DNA of 46,394 nucleotides from Candidatus Eiseniibacteriota bacterium (GCA_031364845.1 JANLWX010000180.1:1-46394); one strand, 5' to 3'; positions 29,297 through 41,400 are shown, counted from the first letter of the stretch. Notes: generated by a model from the sequence alone, not told the origin. Numbers and translations are program-made.

Positions 29297-29797
29297 TCAG
29301 TCCGCCGACGGCATCACGACCGCGGCCAGCGCCGGATCGAAACTCGCCTCGCGGCTCGCGAAGCGCTGAGTCGCATGAGCGGGCATTTGTTCGAGCTTGA
29401 GCTTGATCGACTTGGTCGCGCGTCCACGCTGCACGCTGTAGGTCACGGCACTTCCGACGCTGCACTGGGCCTTGGAGGCACACGCCTCGCGGGCTTCGGT
29501 GTTGCTCAGGTCGTAGCCGTTGACGGCCACCACCACGTCACCGGTTTTCAGACCGGAGCGCGATGCGGGGCTGCCCTTGGCGATGCCGGCGACGGTGACC
29601 GATCCCGACTTCGAGCGCTCCAGCCATGCACCGGACCACGCCGTGGTCTTGCTCTTTCCGGCGCAGCAGGCGTCCTGGGCGGAGGCTGTGGTCGCGCTGG
29701 CCTTGTGTGACGAACAGTTGGCGCCGCCCGCAAATGCCGGGATCGCCATCGCCAGAACAAGGACCGATGCTGCAGAAGCGGTGAGCATCTTCTTCAT
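29297..29797 (-). CDS. Secreted PDZ-domain protein with Cys-rich segments
   Basis: GGAGG SD; signal peptide ending AFA; GSPASRSGLKTGDVVVAVNG. Confidence 0.85.
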   Translation of the reverse strand: MKKMLTASAASVLVLAMAIPAFAGGANCSSHKASATTASAQDACCAGKSKTTAWSGAWLERSKSGSVTVAGIAKGSPASRSGLKTGDVVVAVNGYDLSNTEAREACASKAQCSVGSAVTYSVQRGRATKSIKLKLEQMPAHATQRFASREASFDPALAAVVMPSAD

Positions 29798-30048
29798 GAG
29801 ACCTCCGAATCGAGAGGAACGCGGCCCGGAACGGCAGGGGGAAACCATAGGGCACTCACTCATCATCGGCCAGTGTTTCGCGACGAACGCGTCCGAAGTT
29901 CCACCAGCGACGCGTCGAGTGGCGAGATGTAAACGGCGCGTGCGGACGTTGTGCAGGCGGCGTCAGGACGATGTGCGGTGAACGGTCCGCGGGGACAGTG
30001 GAGCGGGTTCTGGGTTCGGTCGCCCAACGAATCTTCGGCCGCCGACAC

Positions 30049-33000
30049 CTACTCGAGCACCACGAGCCGTCCGCCCGAAACACCTTCGCCGGCTTCAATG
30101 CGCCAGAAGTACACACCGGCGGCAAGCGTTGAACCTTCCCCTCCGCGCCGCGTGAACACAGCGTGATGCATCCCGGCGGGCGCATCGGTCTGGTCGAGCA
30201 GCGTGCGCACGCGTCGTCCGCTGAGATCGAGCAGCGTGAGGCGCAGCGGCCCGCGGCGTGAGGTCGCAAACCGAATCGTCGAGCTGCCCGACACGGGGTG
30301 GGGCGAAATCGATGCGGCGAGCGGGGCGAGATCGAACGCATTCGCGGACGCCGCGGACGCCGAAACGTCGGCAACATCACCACCCGCGATCTCGGCTCCC
30401 GCGGCATCGGTGGTTCCGGGGCGCGCGTCGGCTTCACCCGCAGCGGGCGGCACGATCACGACCGAGACGTTGTCGATGAAGAACGATTCCCCGACCGCAA
30501 TGGGATCGTCGAGCACCTGGAAGTCGAGCACGCTGCCGGTGGCCGCGGCGACGAAATCGACCGACAGCATCTGCCATTGCAGCGTGAGCGGTGCGGCGGT
30601 CGAATAGACGATCGGGCCGAGTTGAACCCCTCCGACGTATTCGCGCACGCGAATCCGGCCGTATCCGGCGGGGCCCGCTGCTTTGACCCACGCGGTGAAC
30701 CGATAACGGGTTCCGGCGGCGAGGGTCAAGGTCACGGCGTTGGGGCTGTCGTTCACTCCGAACATGCCGGGAGTGGCCGAGCCCGTGGATCGCAGCGAAT
30801 AGGAGCCCGACTGTCCGCCGGGAACGCGCACGTTGGTCGCGTTGCCGCTGGGTCCCCATCCGGTCGAGTTGAACTCGAACGATGGGTTGGCGACGAGATT
30901 GGGGCCGACGCCGTCCTGCACCGCGAACGATGTCGTGGCGCTGCCCGACTGGGCGTTCGCGGCGGTGAAGGTCACGGCATAGGGTGCCGCGCGTCCGGCG
31001 GTCGGCGACGGAGTCCACGTGAGTGTTCCCGCGGTGTTCGTTGCGTTGACCACGAACGTCGCGCCGTGGCCTTCGGGCAAGCCCGAGACATCCGCGATCA
31101 GCGAGGTGATCAGATCACCATCGAGGTCGGCCGCGGTGACGTTGACGACGATGGTGCGCAACTCGGTGCCGCTGATGGTGGCGGGGGCCGACACGATCGG
31201 CGCGCGGCCGTTCGCCGGCGTCACGATGACGGTCACCGAGTCCGGGGTCGGATCGTCGAGGTTGAGCACGTCGGTCGCGAGGAAGCGCACGACGAACGTG
31301 CCGACCCGGTTGAACGGCACCAAGCCCGGGCTCTTGGTGAAGTAGCTGACGCCGCTCGCGCCGCCGAGGTCCCACAGGAACCGCAACCCAGCGCTACCGT
31401 CGGGGTCGCTGGCGCTTCCGGCGAGTTCGAGGCTCTGTCCCACCGCGATCGTGACGTCGGTCGCGGGCTTCGTGATGACTCCGTTCGGCGCGCGATTGAC
31501 GGGCGGAATCGTGATCATCGCGATCACGGAGTCCTTCGCCGCCACGTTGTCGGTGACGGTGACCGAGGAGCGCCATGTTCCGGCGCGATAGTCGTGCGAC
31601 TTGGCGTTCTCGGCCGCAGGTCCGAACGCGGCGCCGTCGCCGTAGAGGAATCGGTACGAAGCGATCGTGCCGTCGGGATCGCGCGAGGCGGACGCATCGA
31701 GCATCACGTTCTGCTTGTGCGAGGTGTCGGGCACGAACATCTTGGTCGCATCGACGACGTAGGCGCGGATGTCGGTCGGCGAGCCGCACGCCACACAGTT
31801 GCCGGTCCAGTTGCTGGCCCACAGCATGCGGCGGCCATCGAGCGAGGGCACCGCGTGCGACTCGCAGCGATAGCATCCAGGCGACACGGTGTGTTTGTGC
31901 GCGAAGCGCTGCACGGCGTTGCTGCCGTCCATCTTGATCGCGACGATCTCGTCGTTGAACCGCGCGCCGGGCTCCGGGAAGTAGTCCACGTACACCCAGC
32001 CCGGACGCCGCAGGTTGCGGGTCGAGATGTGGTGCGGCTGCGCTTCGTTGTCGGGATCGGTGAGCGAGGTCACGGCACCGTCGCGCAGGCGTACCATCAC
32101 GACGCCGCCGACATTCTTGCCGTCGATCTTGGTGCCGCCGCCGCAATGCTGCTGGCCGATCATCACGTCTTCGTTGCCGTCGAACGGATTGAGCGCGAGG
32201 TCGGGATGGCCGAGGTCGAAGATCCAGCCTTCGGCAGGCGAGCCCTCGGAGCAGATGTGCGCGGACTCGGGCAGCGCATGCGGTGTGAGCGCGAGGGTCA
32301 CGGGATCGATGTCGAACACGCGCGGATGGTCGTTGAGGTATTTCACGACCACGTACTTGCCCGACGCGGACACCGACACGAATCCGATGCCGCATCCATC
32401 CGAGAGGCCGCAGTTCGACACGTCGAGCGCGGGGCCGATGCGCTGAGAGGGATAGGGCGCGAGCGGCGCCTGCGGATCCATGTCGACCACGAACACGCGC
32501 ACGCCATCGCTGAGTGCGAGGAACCGGCCGTCGTTCGAGGGATTGCCTTCACCCATGCCGATCGCCTGAACCTCGAACGGCAGCGTCCAGCTGCGAGTCT
32601 TCACGCAGTTCACGACGTCGAACCACATCAGCTCGAAGTTGTTGGTGTTGATGCGCACGTTGGGATAGGCCGGGCTCGGGTGCCAGCGATCGTCACCCGA
32701 GATGTAGTTCGAGCAGCGGCCCTTCACGACGTTGTAGTTCTTCCCGTCCAAGAACAGCTCGATCGGCGTGCCGCCGTTGTTGTCGATCATGATCAGCGAT
32801 CCATCGGAGTTCCACGGCTGATCCTTCGAGTAGTGATGGCGCGCATCCTGGCCCCACGTGCCCGTCGCTCCGCCGGGCAGCGCGAACGTCGTGCCGGCAT
32901 CGCCGATGATGCGGCGCATCGGCGAACCGAACGTCGGCTCGAGCTGCGAGGTCATGTAAGGCGGCCGCGCCACGACCGGAACCTCGAAGATCGTGTCGGG

Positions 33001-35112
33001 GTCGGTGATCATCCCGGGCGCGCGGTACGTGAGCGCGATCGCAGGGATCGGAAGCTGATTCCCCTGGAACGGCGCGACGTTCGCGGTCGCGGTGCTCGTA
33101 AGGCCGGTGTTGTCGCGGACGGTGACGCTGGCGACCCAGGTCCCGACGGCATAGGAGTGCGTGATGTTCGGTGTTGCTTGCGGTGCGGCGGACGAGCCGT
33201 CGCCGAAGTTGAACGAATAGCTGAGCGCGCCACCGTCGGCATCCGTGGAACCGGACGCGTTCAATGTGACGAGCAGCGGTGCCGGCCCGGTCGCCGGAGT
33301 GGCCGTGAGGGCCGCGACCGGCTTCGCATTCGGTGTGACGGTGGCGGTCGCGGTGCCGGTGAGTCCGGTGTTGTCGGTCACCGTCACGGTCGCGGTCCAG
33401 CTCCCTCGGACGTAGGTGTGCGTGATGGTCGGCGTGGACTGCGGCCCGGCAGTGGTTCCGTCGCCGAAGTTGAATCGATAGCTGAGCGCTCCTCCGTCGG
33501 CATCCGTCGTGGCGGATGCGCTGAGCGTAACGAGCAGCGGCGCCACGCCGGTCGTGGGAGTGGCGGAGAGTCTCGCGACCGGCGGTGAAGCGGCGTTCTT
33601 GAACTCGAACGCGCCGCGGTCCGAGTACGCGGGCGTGCCGGCCCCGGTGTTGGCGGTGGTCGCGTCGTCGAAGCGTGCGACGCCCTCGGCATCGGTCGCC
33701 GGCCAGTTGGCGACGCCGGCATTCGCGGCGTCGATCGCGGGCGAGCCGGCCTTCAGATGGAAGTCCGCGGCCGCGGTGGAGACGAATTTGGGATCGGCCT
33801 GCGTCGAGCGGGCGTCCTGCGCCGAGGCGGTCCGGAACGCGGCGATCGTGGTACAGGTCGTCGAGCCGAACAGCAGCGGTGCCTGTGCGGTCGAGTTCCA
33901 CCACACGTTGTAGTTGGAGCTGAGCCCGCTCGCGGCACCCGACTCGACCACGAAGTCGAAGCCCGAAGAACCGAGGCCGTTGTCGGTGCCGATGCAGTTG
34001 TGGATCGTCGCTCCGGTCGAAGCGCCTTCGAGCGAGAAGCCGCGCTGGGCGTTGCCGTGCGCGACGCCGCCGAGGATGCGCGCACCGGTCGAGCCCGCGA
34101 TGCGGAAGCCGGATTCGCCGTTGGCCCACGAGCGGTCATAGATCGACAGCGTCCCGGTGGCGCCGCCGTAGAAGTACAGGCCGGAGCCACGATTGTCGTG
34201 CACGCGATTGCGCTCGAACCGGTTGTTCGGCGACGCGTTCACGTAGATGCCGTGCGTGGACGAGAGGTCGGGCTTCACGTTGCGCGCGACTTCGTTGCCG
34301 CGCACCAGGCATCCGGTGGTGGCCGAGGCGAGGTAGAGACCGTGGTCCTGATTGTCGGCGACCAGGTTCGAGTCGATCGTCGCGGCACTGCATCCGGTGA
34401 CGTAGATCCCGTACTTGCTCGAAAAGCGCGCCGAGTTGCGCAGGATCGTCGCGTTGTTCGAAGCGTTCGAAAGATAGATCGCGCGATCCTCGGTGCGCAG
34501 CACTTCGAGTCCCTCGATCACGATCCACGAACGTCCCGAGAGCCGCACGCCGTACGCGCGCCGGCCGACGAGCGTCGCGTGCGTCGCGGGACTTCCGCCT
34601 CCCACGTTCACGTACAGCCCGGTGCCGCTCACGTAGCGGAACGTACGTGACGGAAGTGCAGTGACCGCGGCGGTTGAGGGCGCGAGACGCGCGCCGTCGG
34701 CGAACACCTGGACCGGCGCCCAGTTCACGCTCGATGCGAGGTAGATGTTGCCCGAGACCAGCGTCCACTTGGCGGTCGCGGCGAAATCGTCCGCGCCATC
34801 GACGATCACGCCGGGCGCGGTCGCGCGGATCACGAACGGATTGCCCGCGGCTCCCGAGACGCCGAGTGTGACGGTCTCGCGATAGGTCGCGGGCTTCACG
34901 AACACGATGTTGCCGGCCGCACCACGCGCGGCGATCGCCGCGGAGATGGTCTTGTACGGCGCGGCTGCGGTTCCTGCGTTGGAATCGGATGCGACGGGAT
35001 TCGCGCCGTCGACGTAGAACGTCGCGCCTCGCGCCGGCACGGCCAAAGCCAGGCAACTCGCAACGCACGCCGCGACGAATGCGTTCTGAACGCAGGAAGA
35101 AAGGCGGAGCAG
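30049..35112 (-). CDS. Large secreted protein: beta-helix, PKD domains, propeller-like domain, Ig, CBM4/9-like domain, FlgD-Ig/CTD (start inferred at CTG 35112; track start TTG 35046)
   Basis: TFYVDG...SDSNAGT...PYKTI; parallel beta-helix N.....GxY repeats; Y.F.FGDG PKD motifs; NLVANPSFE; DLSGRRVRTL...GVYFWR. Confidence 0.85.
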   Translation of the reverse strand: MLRLSSCVQNAFVAACVASCLALAVPARGATFYVDGANPVASDSNAGTAAAPYKTISAAIAARGAAGNIVFVKPATYRETVTLGVSGAAGNPFVIRATAPGVIVDGADDFAATAKWTLVSGNIYLASSVNWAPVQVFADGARLAPSTAAVTALPSRTFRYVSGTGLYVNVGGGSPATHATLVGRRAYGVRLSGRSWIVIEGLEVLRTEDRAIYLSNASNNATILRNSARFSSKYGIYVTGCSAATIDSNLVADNQDHGLYLASATTGCLVRGNEVARNVKPDLSSTHGIYVNASPNNRFERNRVHDNRGSGLYFYGGATGTLSIYDRSWANGESGFRIAGSTGARILGGVAHGNAQRGFSLEGASTGATIHNCIGTDNGLGSSGFDFVVESGAASGLSSNYNVWWNSTAQAPLLFGSTTCTTIAAFRTASAQDARSTQADPKFVSTAAADFHLKAGSPAIDAANAGVANWPATDAEGVARFDDATTANTGAGTPAYSDRGAFEFKNAASPPVARLSATPTTGVAPLLVTLSASATTDADGGALSYRFNFGDGTTAGPQSTPTITHTYVRGSWTATVTVTDNTGLTGTATATVTPNAKPVAALTATPATGPAPLLVTLNASGSTDADGGALSYSFNFGDGSSAAPQATPNITHSYAVGTWVASVTVRDNTGLTSTATANVAPFQGNQLPIPAIALTYRAPGMITDPDTIFEVPVVARPPYMTSQLEPTFGSPMRRIIGDAGTTFALPGGATGTWGQDARHHYSKDQPWNSDGSLIMIDNNGGTPIELFLDGKNYNVVKGRCSNYISGDDRWHPSPAYPNVRINTNNFELMWFDVVNCVKTRSWTLPFEVQAIGMGEGNPSNDGRFLALSDGVRVFVVDMDPQAPLAPYPSQRIGPALDVSNCGLSDGCGIGFVSVSASGKYVVVKYLNDHPRVFDIDPVTLALTPHALPESAHICSEGSPAEGWIFDLGHPDLALNPFDGNEDVMIGQQHCGGGTKIDGKNVGGVVMVRLRDGAVTSLTDPDNEAQPHHISTRNLRRPGWVYVDYFPEPGARFNDEIVAIKMDGSNAVQRFAHKHTVSPGCYRCESHAVPSLDGRRMLWASNWTGNCVACGSPTDIRAYVVDATKMFVPDTSHKQNVMLDASASRDPDGTIASYRFLYGDGAAFGPAAENAKSHDYRAGTWRSSVTVTDNVAAKDSVIAMITIPPVNRAPNGVITKPATDVTIAVGQSLELAGSASDPDGSAGLRFLWDLGGASGVSYFTKSPGLVPFNRVGTFVVRFLATDVLNLDDPTPDSVTVIVTPANGRAPIVSAPATISGTELRTIVVNVTAADLDGDLITSLIADVSGLPEGHGATFVVNATNTAGTLTWTPSPTAGRAAPYAVTFTAANAQSGSATTSFAVQDGVGPNLVANPSFEFNSTGWGPSGNATNVRVPGGQSGSYSLRSTGSATPGMFGVNDSPNAVTLTLAAGTRYRFTAWVKAAGPAGYGRIRVREYVGGVQLGPIVYSTAAPLTLQWQMLSVDFVAAATGSVLDFQVLDDPIAVGESFFIDNVSVVIVPPAAGEADARPGTTDAAGAEIAGGDVADVSASAASANAFDLAPLAASISPHPVSGSSTIRFATSRRGPLRLTLLDLSGRRVRTLLDQTDAPAGMHHAVFTRRGGEGSTLAAGVYFWRIEAGEGVSGGRLVVLE

Positions 35113-35418
35113 GGCAGACCCCTACAGGTGCAGTGTCAGATTCGTCCGTGAAGGTGCGAGTCGCGTCCAACCGAACCAGGGATGGCTCGGGCTAAACATC
35201 CTGTTGCGACTCGTCGGGCCGGGCACGCCATGAACTCAGTTCACCCGACAACAATGAGATCATCCACGCGTGTCATGCGTCAAGGTTTGATCGCACTGGG
35301 CGAACGACTTATGACATTGAGTATCGTGCGATCGAACAAAGTTGGTGTTGCGCGCTGCTGGCACGCGGGAACGACGGCCGAGTCGGGAAATTCTGGGGGA
35401 AATGACGCGTGCGAACGC

Positions 35419-38400
35419 CTACTCGATGACGACGAGACGGCCATTGCGCGTGCCTTCCGGCGCATCGACGCGGAAGAAGTAGACACCGGCCGGCAGCTTC
35501 TCGCGCGAGGAACCGCGTGATCCGAATGCGAACGCGTGACGTCCCGCGGGCAGCATCGCTTCGTCGAACAGTGTCGCGACTTCACGCCCACGCACGTCGA
35601 ACAACCGCCCGCGCGCAGGTCCGGAGCGCGTCGTCACCAGATGGAGCGTCGCGATACTGCGCACCGGATTGGGCGCGAGCCACGCTCCGAACACCTCGAG
35701 CGGGGCAAGGCCCGCCGGCGCGACCGCAGCCTCGTCCATCGGCTTCACGGCGAGTGCGGTGCCGGTGACGTTCTGGACACCGATGTCATCGATCAGGAAC
35801 GCGGCATTGGCGGCGGCGGGAACGTCTAGCACCTGGAAGTCGAGATAGGTGCCGGAGCGCTGCACGACGTGCTCGAGCGTGAGCATCTGCCACGAGGCGG
35901 TCAGCGTCACCAGGCTCGACAGTACGGTCGCCTGATTGGTACCGCCGGTCGTGTATTCGCGAATGCGCAACCGCGCCTGGCCGGCTCCGGTTCCGAGCTT
36001 GACCCATGCGGTGTATCGATAGCGCTGGCCGGCCGTCACCGACGTCACGATGTTCGGGCTGTCGTTGAGTCCGAACGAACCCGTCGCGGTGCTCGCCACG
36101 CGGCACGACCAGTCGCCGCTGCGACCGCCCGCGACACGCGACAACGTCGCGGTCCCGCTCGTGCCCCAGCCGTTCAGGTTGGTTTCGAACGACGGATTGG
36201 CCGCAAGATTCGCAACGCCGTCGTTGACGGTGATCGCCGTCGTATCGGCCCCGCTCTGCGCGTTGCTCGCTACGAAGCGCACGGTGTACGAACCGGCCGC
36301 CGTGAAGCCCGGAGTCCAGCTGAACGTGCCGTTCGTGTCGCCCGCTCCGGCGACGAACGAAGCGCCTGACGGCAGATCGAGCGCCACGAGTGAAGTGATC
36401 GGCTGGCCATCGGGGTCTGCCGCGCGCACGACGAAGCTCAGCAGCACGCCCTCGGTGACGGTCGCCGTCGATGGCGAAACGACGACCGGCGCGCGATCGG
36501 CCGAGATCGCGGTGCTGGCGGTGCCGAGCAGCGCGTTGCGCGCGCGGAACAGGATCGTGTACGGGCCGGCGTTGCCGGGCTGCGGCGTCCAGTTGAACGT
36601 GCCCGAAGTGCGCGTACCGTTCGCGACGAACGTCGCGTTGTGGCCGGCCGGCAGTCCCGACAGATCCGCGACCAGCGAATCGAGCGTCTGACCATCGGGA
36701 TCGGACGCCGTGACCTGGAACGAAATCGGCGTCGAGGCGACCAGCGCCACGTGTGCGGGTGCCACCGCCTGCGGCGCGCGATCGACGTTGCCGACGCTGA
36801 TCGAAGTCGAAGCCGAACCACTCTGCGCGTTCGATGCCGTGAACGTCACCGTATACGGCCCGGGCGCATCGTTGAAGGTCGGCGTCCATGTGAGCGTGCC
36901 CGCGGTCTTGGTGCCGTTCACGACGAACTGGGCGCCGTGACCGGCCGGGAGCCCGTTGACGTTCGCGACCAGCGAGGTGATCGGATCGCCGTCGGGATCG
37001 GAAGCGGTCACGTTCACGACGAGCTGCTGACTTTCGTTCACGCTCGCATTGGCGGGCGCGGTGACGGTCGGGGGTGCCGTGATAGTCGGCACGACATAGG
37101 CGACGAGTTCGTCCACCAGGAACGCCGCACCCGAACCCGCGGGCGAATCGAGCACCTGGAAATCGAGATAGTTGCCGCTCAGAACCCCGACGTGATCCAG
37201 GGTGAGTTGCTGCCACGCGCCGGTCAGCGTCACGAAGCCGGAGTAGAGCGTCGCGTAGTTCGTGCCGTTGCTCGCGTACTCGCGAAGCCGCAGCCGCGCC
37301 TGCCCCGCGCCCACGTCCATCTTGACCCACGCCGAGTAGCGATAGCGCCGGCCGGCCGTCACCGACGGCACGATGTTCGGGCTGTCGTTGATGCCGAACG
37401 TGCTCGAGCTGGAGCTGAACAGCCGGCACGACCACGAGCCTCCCCGTCCCCCCGCGACTCGCGTCAGCGTCGTGCTGCCGCTCGCGCCCCAGCCGCTGAG
37501 GTTGGTCTCGAACGACGGGTTCGCGATCAGATTGACGATGCTCTCGCTCACCGTGATCGCGGTGGTGTCGGCGCCGCTCAAAGCGTTCTGCGCGATGAAG
37601 CGCACGTTGTACGGAGCGACGCGGCCGTCGGCGGCCGTGGTGTTCCACGTGAGCGTGCCCGCGGTGAACGTGCCGTTGGGGACGAACGTCGCCCCGGGCG
37701 GCAGATCGGCGGCGGAGAGTGCGGTGATCGGATCGCCGTCCGGGTCGGACGCGGTCACCTGGACCAGCACCTGCTGTCCTTCAATCACGGATGCGGTCGC
37801 GGGCGCGGTCGCGACCGGCGCGCGATCGGTGTTGGTCACGGTGATCGTGGTGGTGTCGGACGAGGTCAGCCCGTTGGTCGCGACGAATCGCACGTCGAGC
37901 AGCGCAGGCGCCACGGTGAATCCCGGCGTCCACGCGAACGTGGCGGTCGTGTCGCCAGAGTGCGGCGTGAACGTCGCACCCGGCGGCAGGTTCGGCGCGG
38001 TCAGCGTCATCGCATCGCCATCGGGATCCTGAGCGTGGACGACAAAACTCAGCAGCGCGCCCTCGGCGATGGTCGCGGTCACGGGCGCGACGATGTTCGG
38101 AGCGCGATCGACGTTCATCACGGTGATGGTCGTGGTGTCCGCACCGCTCAGTGCATTGCTCGCGATGAAGCGCACATCGTAGGGACCGGGTGCCGCGGCG
38201 AAGGCCGGCGTCCACGTGAACGAGCCTGTCGTGTCGCCGGGGTCGGGGTTGAACGCGGCACCCGGCGGCAGATTCTGCGCGACCAACGAGGTGATCGGTT
38301 CGTTGTCGGGATCGGCCGCGTGAACGACGAAGCTCAGCAGCGCGCCTTCGGAGACCGAGGCCGTCGTGGGCGCGGCCACGATCGGCGCGCGATCGGTGTT

Positions 38401-41400
38401 GGTCACCGTGATGGTGGTCGTGTCGTCGCCGCTCAGGGCGTTGCTCGCCACGAAGCGCACGTCATAGGGCCCGGACGGCGTCTTGAACGGCGGAGTCCAC
38501 TGGAACGTTCCGGTCGTATCTCCCGCTCCGGCGGTGAACGATGAGCCCGAAGGCATGTCGAGAGCGACGAACGACGTGATCGCATCGCCGTCGGGATCCT
38601 GGGCGTGCACGACGAAGCTCAGCAGGGCCTCTTCCGGCGCGGAGCGGCTGGTGGGCGCGGCCACGATCGGAGCACGATCGACGTTCGTCACCGTGATCAC
38701 GGTGGTTTCGCTGTCTGCGAGCGCATTGCTCGCGACGAAGCGCACGTTATAGGGACCGGGTGCGGCGCTGAATCCCGGCGTCCATGCGAAGGTGCCGGTC
38801 GTGTCGCCTTTGTTCGGCGTGAAGGTGGCGCCCGGCGGCAGGCCGAGCGCGGTCAGCGTCATCGCATCGCCGTCCGGATCCTGTGCGTGGATCAGGAAGC
38901 TGAGCGGAGCGCCCTCGGCGACGGTCGCCGTAGACGGCGCCGCGACGACCGGCGCGCGATCGAGATGGATCACGGTCGTATCCGCCCCGCTCAGCGCGTT
39001 GCTCGCGACGAAGCGCACTTCGTACGGGCCGGGCGGCGTGCCCACGGCAGGCGTCCAGTTGAAGGTCCCCGACGTATCGCCGGGATTGGGCGTGAAGGTC
39101 GCGCCGGACGGCAGACTCTCGCCCACGAAGGCCGTGATCGCATCACCGTCGGGATCGGCGGCGTGTACGACGAAACTCAGGAGCACGCCTTCCCCGGCGG
39201 TTGCCGTCGGCGGCGACACGACGAGCGGCGCGCGATCGGTGTTGGTGACCGTGATCGTCGTGGTGTCGGCGCCGCTCAGCGCATTGCTCGCGATGAAGCG
39301 CACGTCGTAGGGACCCGGAGCTGCGGCGAAACCCGGCGTCCACGCGAAGGTGCCGGTCGTGTCTCCCGCGCCGGGCGTGAACGACGCACCCGCAGGCAGG
39401 TTCTCCGCGACGAATGTCGCGATCGCATCGCCGTCGGGATCGGCGGCGTGCACGACGAAGCTCAGCTGCGCGTTCTCGGCGAAGGTCGCCGTCTTCGGCG
39501 CGGCGACGAACGGCTCGCGATCGGTGTTGCTGACCGTGATGGTGGTGGTGTCGGCGCCGCTCAGCGCGTTGCTCGCGATGAACCGCACGGCATAGGGACC
39601 GGGTGCCGCGGCGAACCCGGGCGTCCATGCGAATGATCCGGTCGTGTCGCCGGGATTCGCGGTGAACGTCGCGCCGGCGGGCAGGTTATCAGCGATCAGC
39701 GAGGTGATCGGCTGGCCGTCGGGATCCAGGGCGTGCACGAGGAAGCTCAGCGCGGAATTCTCGGCCACGGTCGAGGTGGTCGGAGACGAAACCAAAGGAG
39801 CGCGATCGACCTGCGTCACCGTGATCGAGGTGAACGAAGTGTCCGAGAGCGCGTTCACGGCTCGGAACGAAACATTGTAGGGACCCGGCGCCGCGTCGAA
39901 TCCGGGCGTCCAATTGAAGACACCGGTCGTGTCGCCGGGATTGGGCGTGAACGTGGCACCCGGCGGCAGATCCGGGCTCGACAGCGTCATGTGCTGACCA
40001 TCGGGGTCCGACGCGTGCACGACGAAACTCAACAGGGCGCCTTCGGCGACGGTCGCCGTCAGGGGCGACGTGATCTCGGGCGCGCGATCGGCATTGGCGA
40101 CCGCGATCGTCGTGATGTCGGAGCCGGTTGCCGTATTGGAAGCCACGAACGTCACGGTGTAGGGCCCGGGTGCCGCGTCGAGTCCCGGAGTCCATCGGAA
40201 CGTTCCGAGCGACTTGAATGCGTTGGTCGTGAACGTCGCGCCGGGCGGCGCGTTCTGCATGACGAACGTACTGATGGCCTCGCCATCCGGATCGCCCGCG
40301 AGCACGGTGAAGCTGACTTCGTTGCCTTCGACCGCGCTGGCATCGCTCGGCGCGTTGACCTCGGGGATCCGGTCGGTCTGGGTCACGGTGATCGTGGTGG
40401 TCGAGGTGTCGGCGAGCGCGTTCTCGGCGATGAAGCGGACCGTGAACTGGAAGTCGCCGTCTTCGAATCCCGGCGTCCAACTGAATGTGCCCGCGGTATC
40501 GCCGGGCACGGTGTTGAACGATGCGCCCTCGGGCAAGCCGGACGCCGTGAGGACGCTGATCGGGTCGCCATCGGGATCGACCGCCCTCACTGTGAATGAG
40601 AGATTGGAGCCCTCGGCGACGGTTGCCGTGGCGGGCGCAGTCACGGCCGGCTCACGATCGACGTTCGCGACCTGAATCACCGTGGTCGCGGTATCGGACA
40701 GGGCGTTCGACGCGATGAAGCGCACCGAGTAGGGCCCGGGTGCGGAGGCGAAACCAGGAGTCCAGCTGAACGTTCCGGCCGTGTCGCCCGGCGCGGGCGT
40801 GAACGTCGCCCCCGGCGGAAGATTCTGCGCGATCAGGGAACTGATGCCCTCGCCATCGGGATCGGCGGCGCTCACTGTGAACGACAGCAGGGTTCCTTCG
40901 GTGGCCGAGCGCGCGGCAGGCGCCACCATCACTGGTCGCAGATCGTTGTACTTGCGGATCACGATGTCGTCGGTCTCGAACACCTCTGAGGCCACACGCG
41001 GGTTGTCGAGCACCTGGAAGTCCAGCGTCCCAGCACCGACCGCTGTGTAATCGAGTGTCAGCTTCTGCCAGGTTGGCGACAACGTGACCAGCGGCGACAG
41101 CGCGGTGCCCGCGGTGGCACCGCCGGGCAGCGTGAACTCGCGGATGCGCAGCTGCGCCGATCCGGTCGCGGTCGATGAACGCACCCATGCCGAATAGCGG
41201 TAGGGCTGCCCGGCGGTCGCAGGCCGCACCCAGTCCGGACTGTCGTTGAGACCGAACGGATTGGTGTTCGCCGGACCGGTGAGCCGCGCGGCATAGGTGC
41301 CATCGTGCCCGCCCGCGACCCGTGCGAGCGTTCCCTGATACGCCTTCCATCCGGTCGTGTCCGCTTCGAACGAGGGGTTCGTGCTCAGATTGTTGGTCGG

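Noticed and set aside
30298..33588. Very long plus-strand ORFs (also 5955-7847, 7733-10528, 14850-16445, 36640-38544, 44082-45911)
   Set aside because: Antisense shadows of real minus-strand genes. High GC suppresses stop codons, and the translations are Arg/Gly/Ala-rich with no motifs.
35195..35220. Sigma54 promoter upstream of the 30049 gene
   Set aside because: The best match has GG-N11-GC spacing rather than the required N10.
37545..40944. CRISPR array or DGR template/variable repeats
   Set aside because: The repeats are in-frame ~280-bp coding units with no unique spacers, and no cas or reverse transcriptase gene is present.
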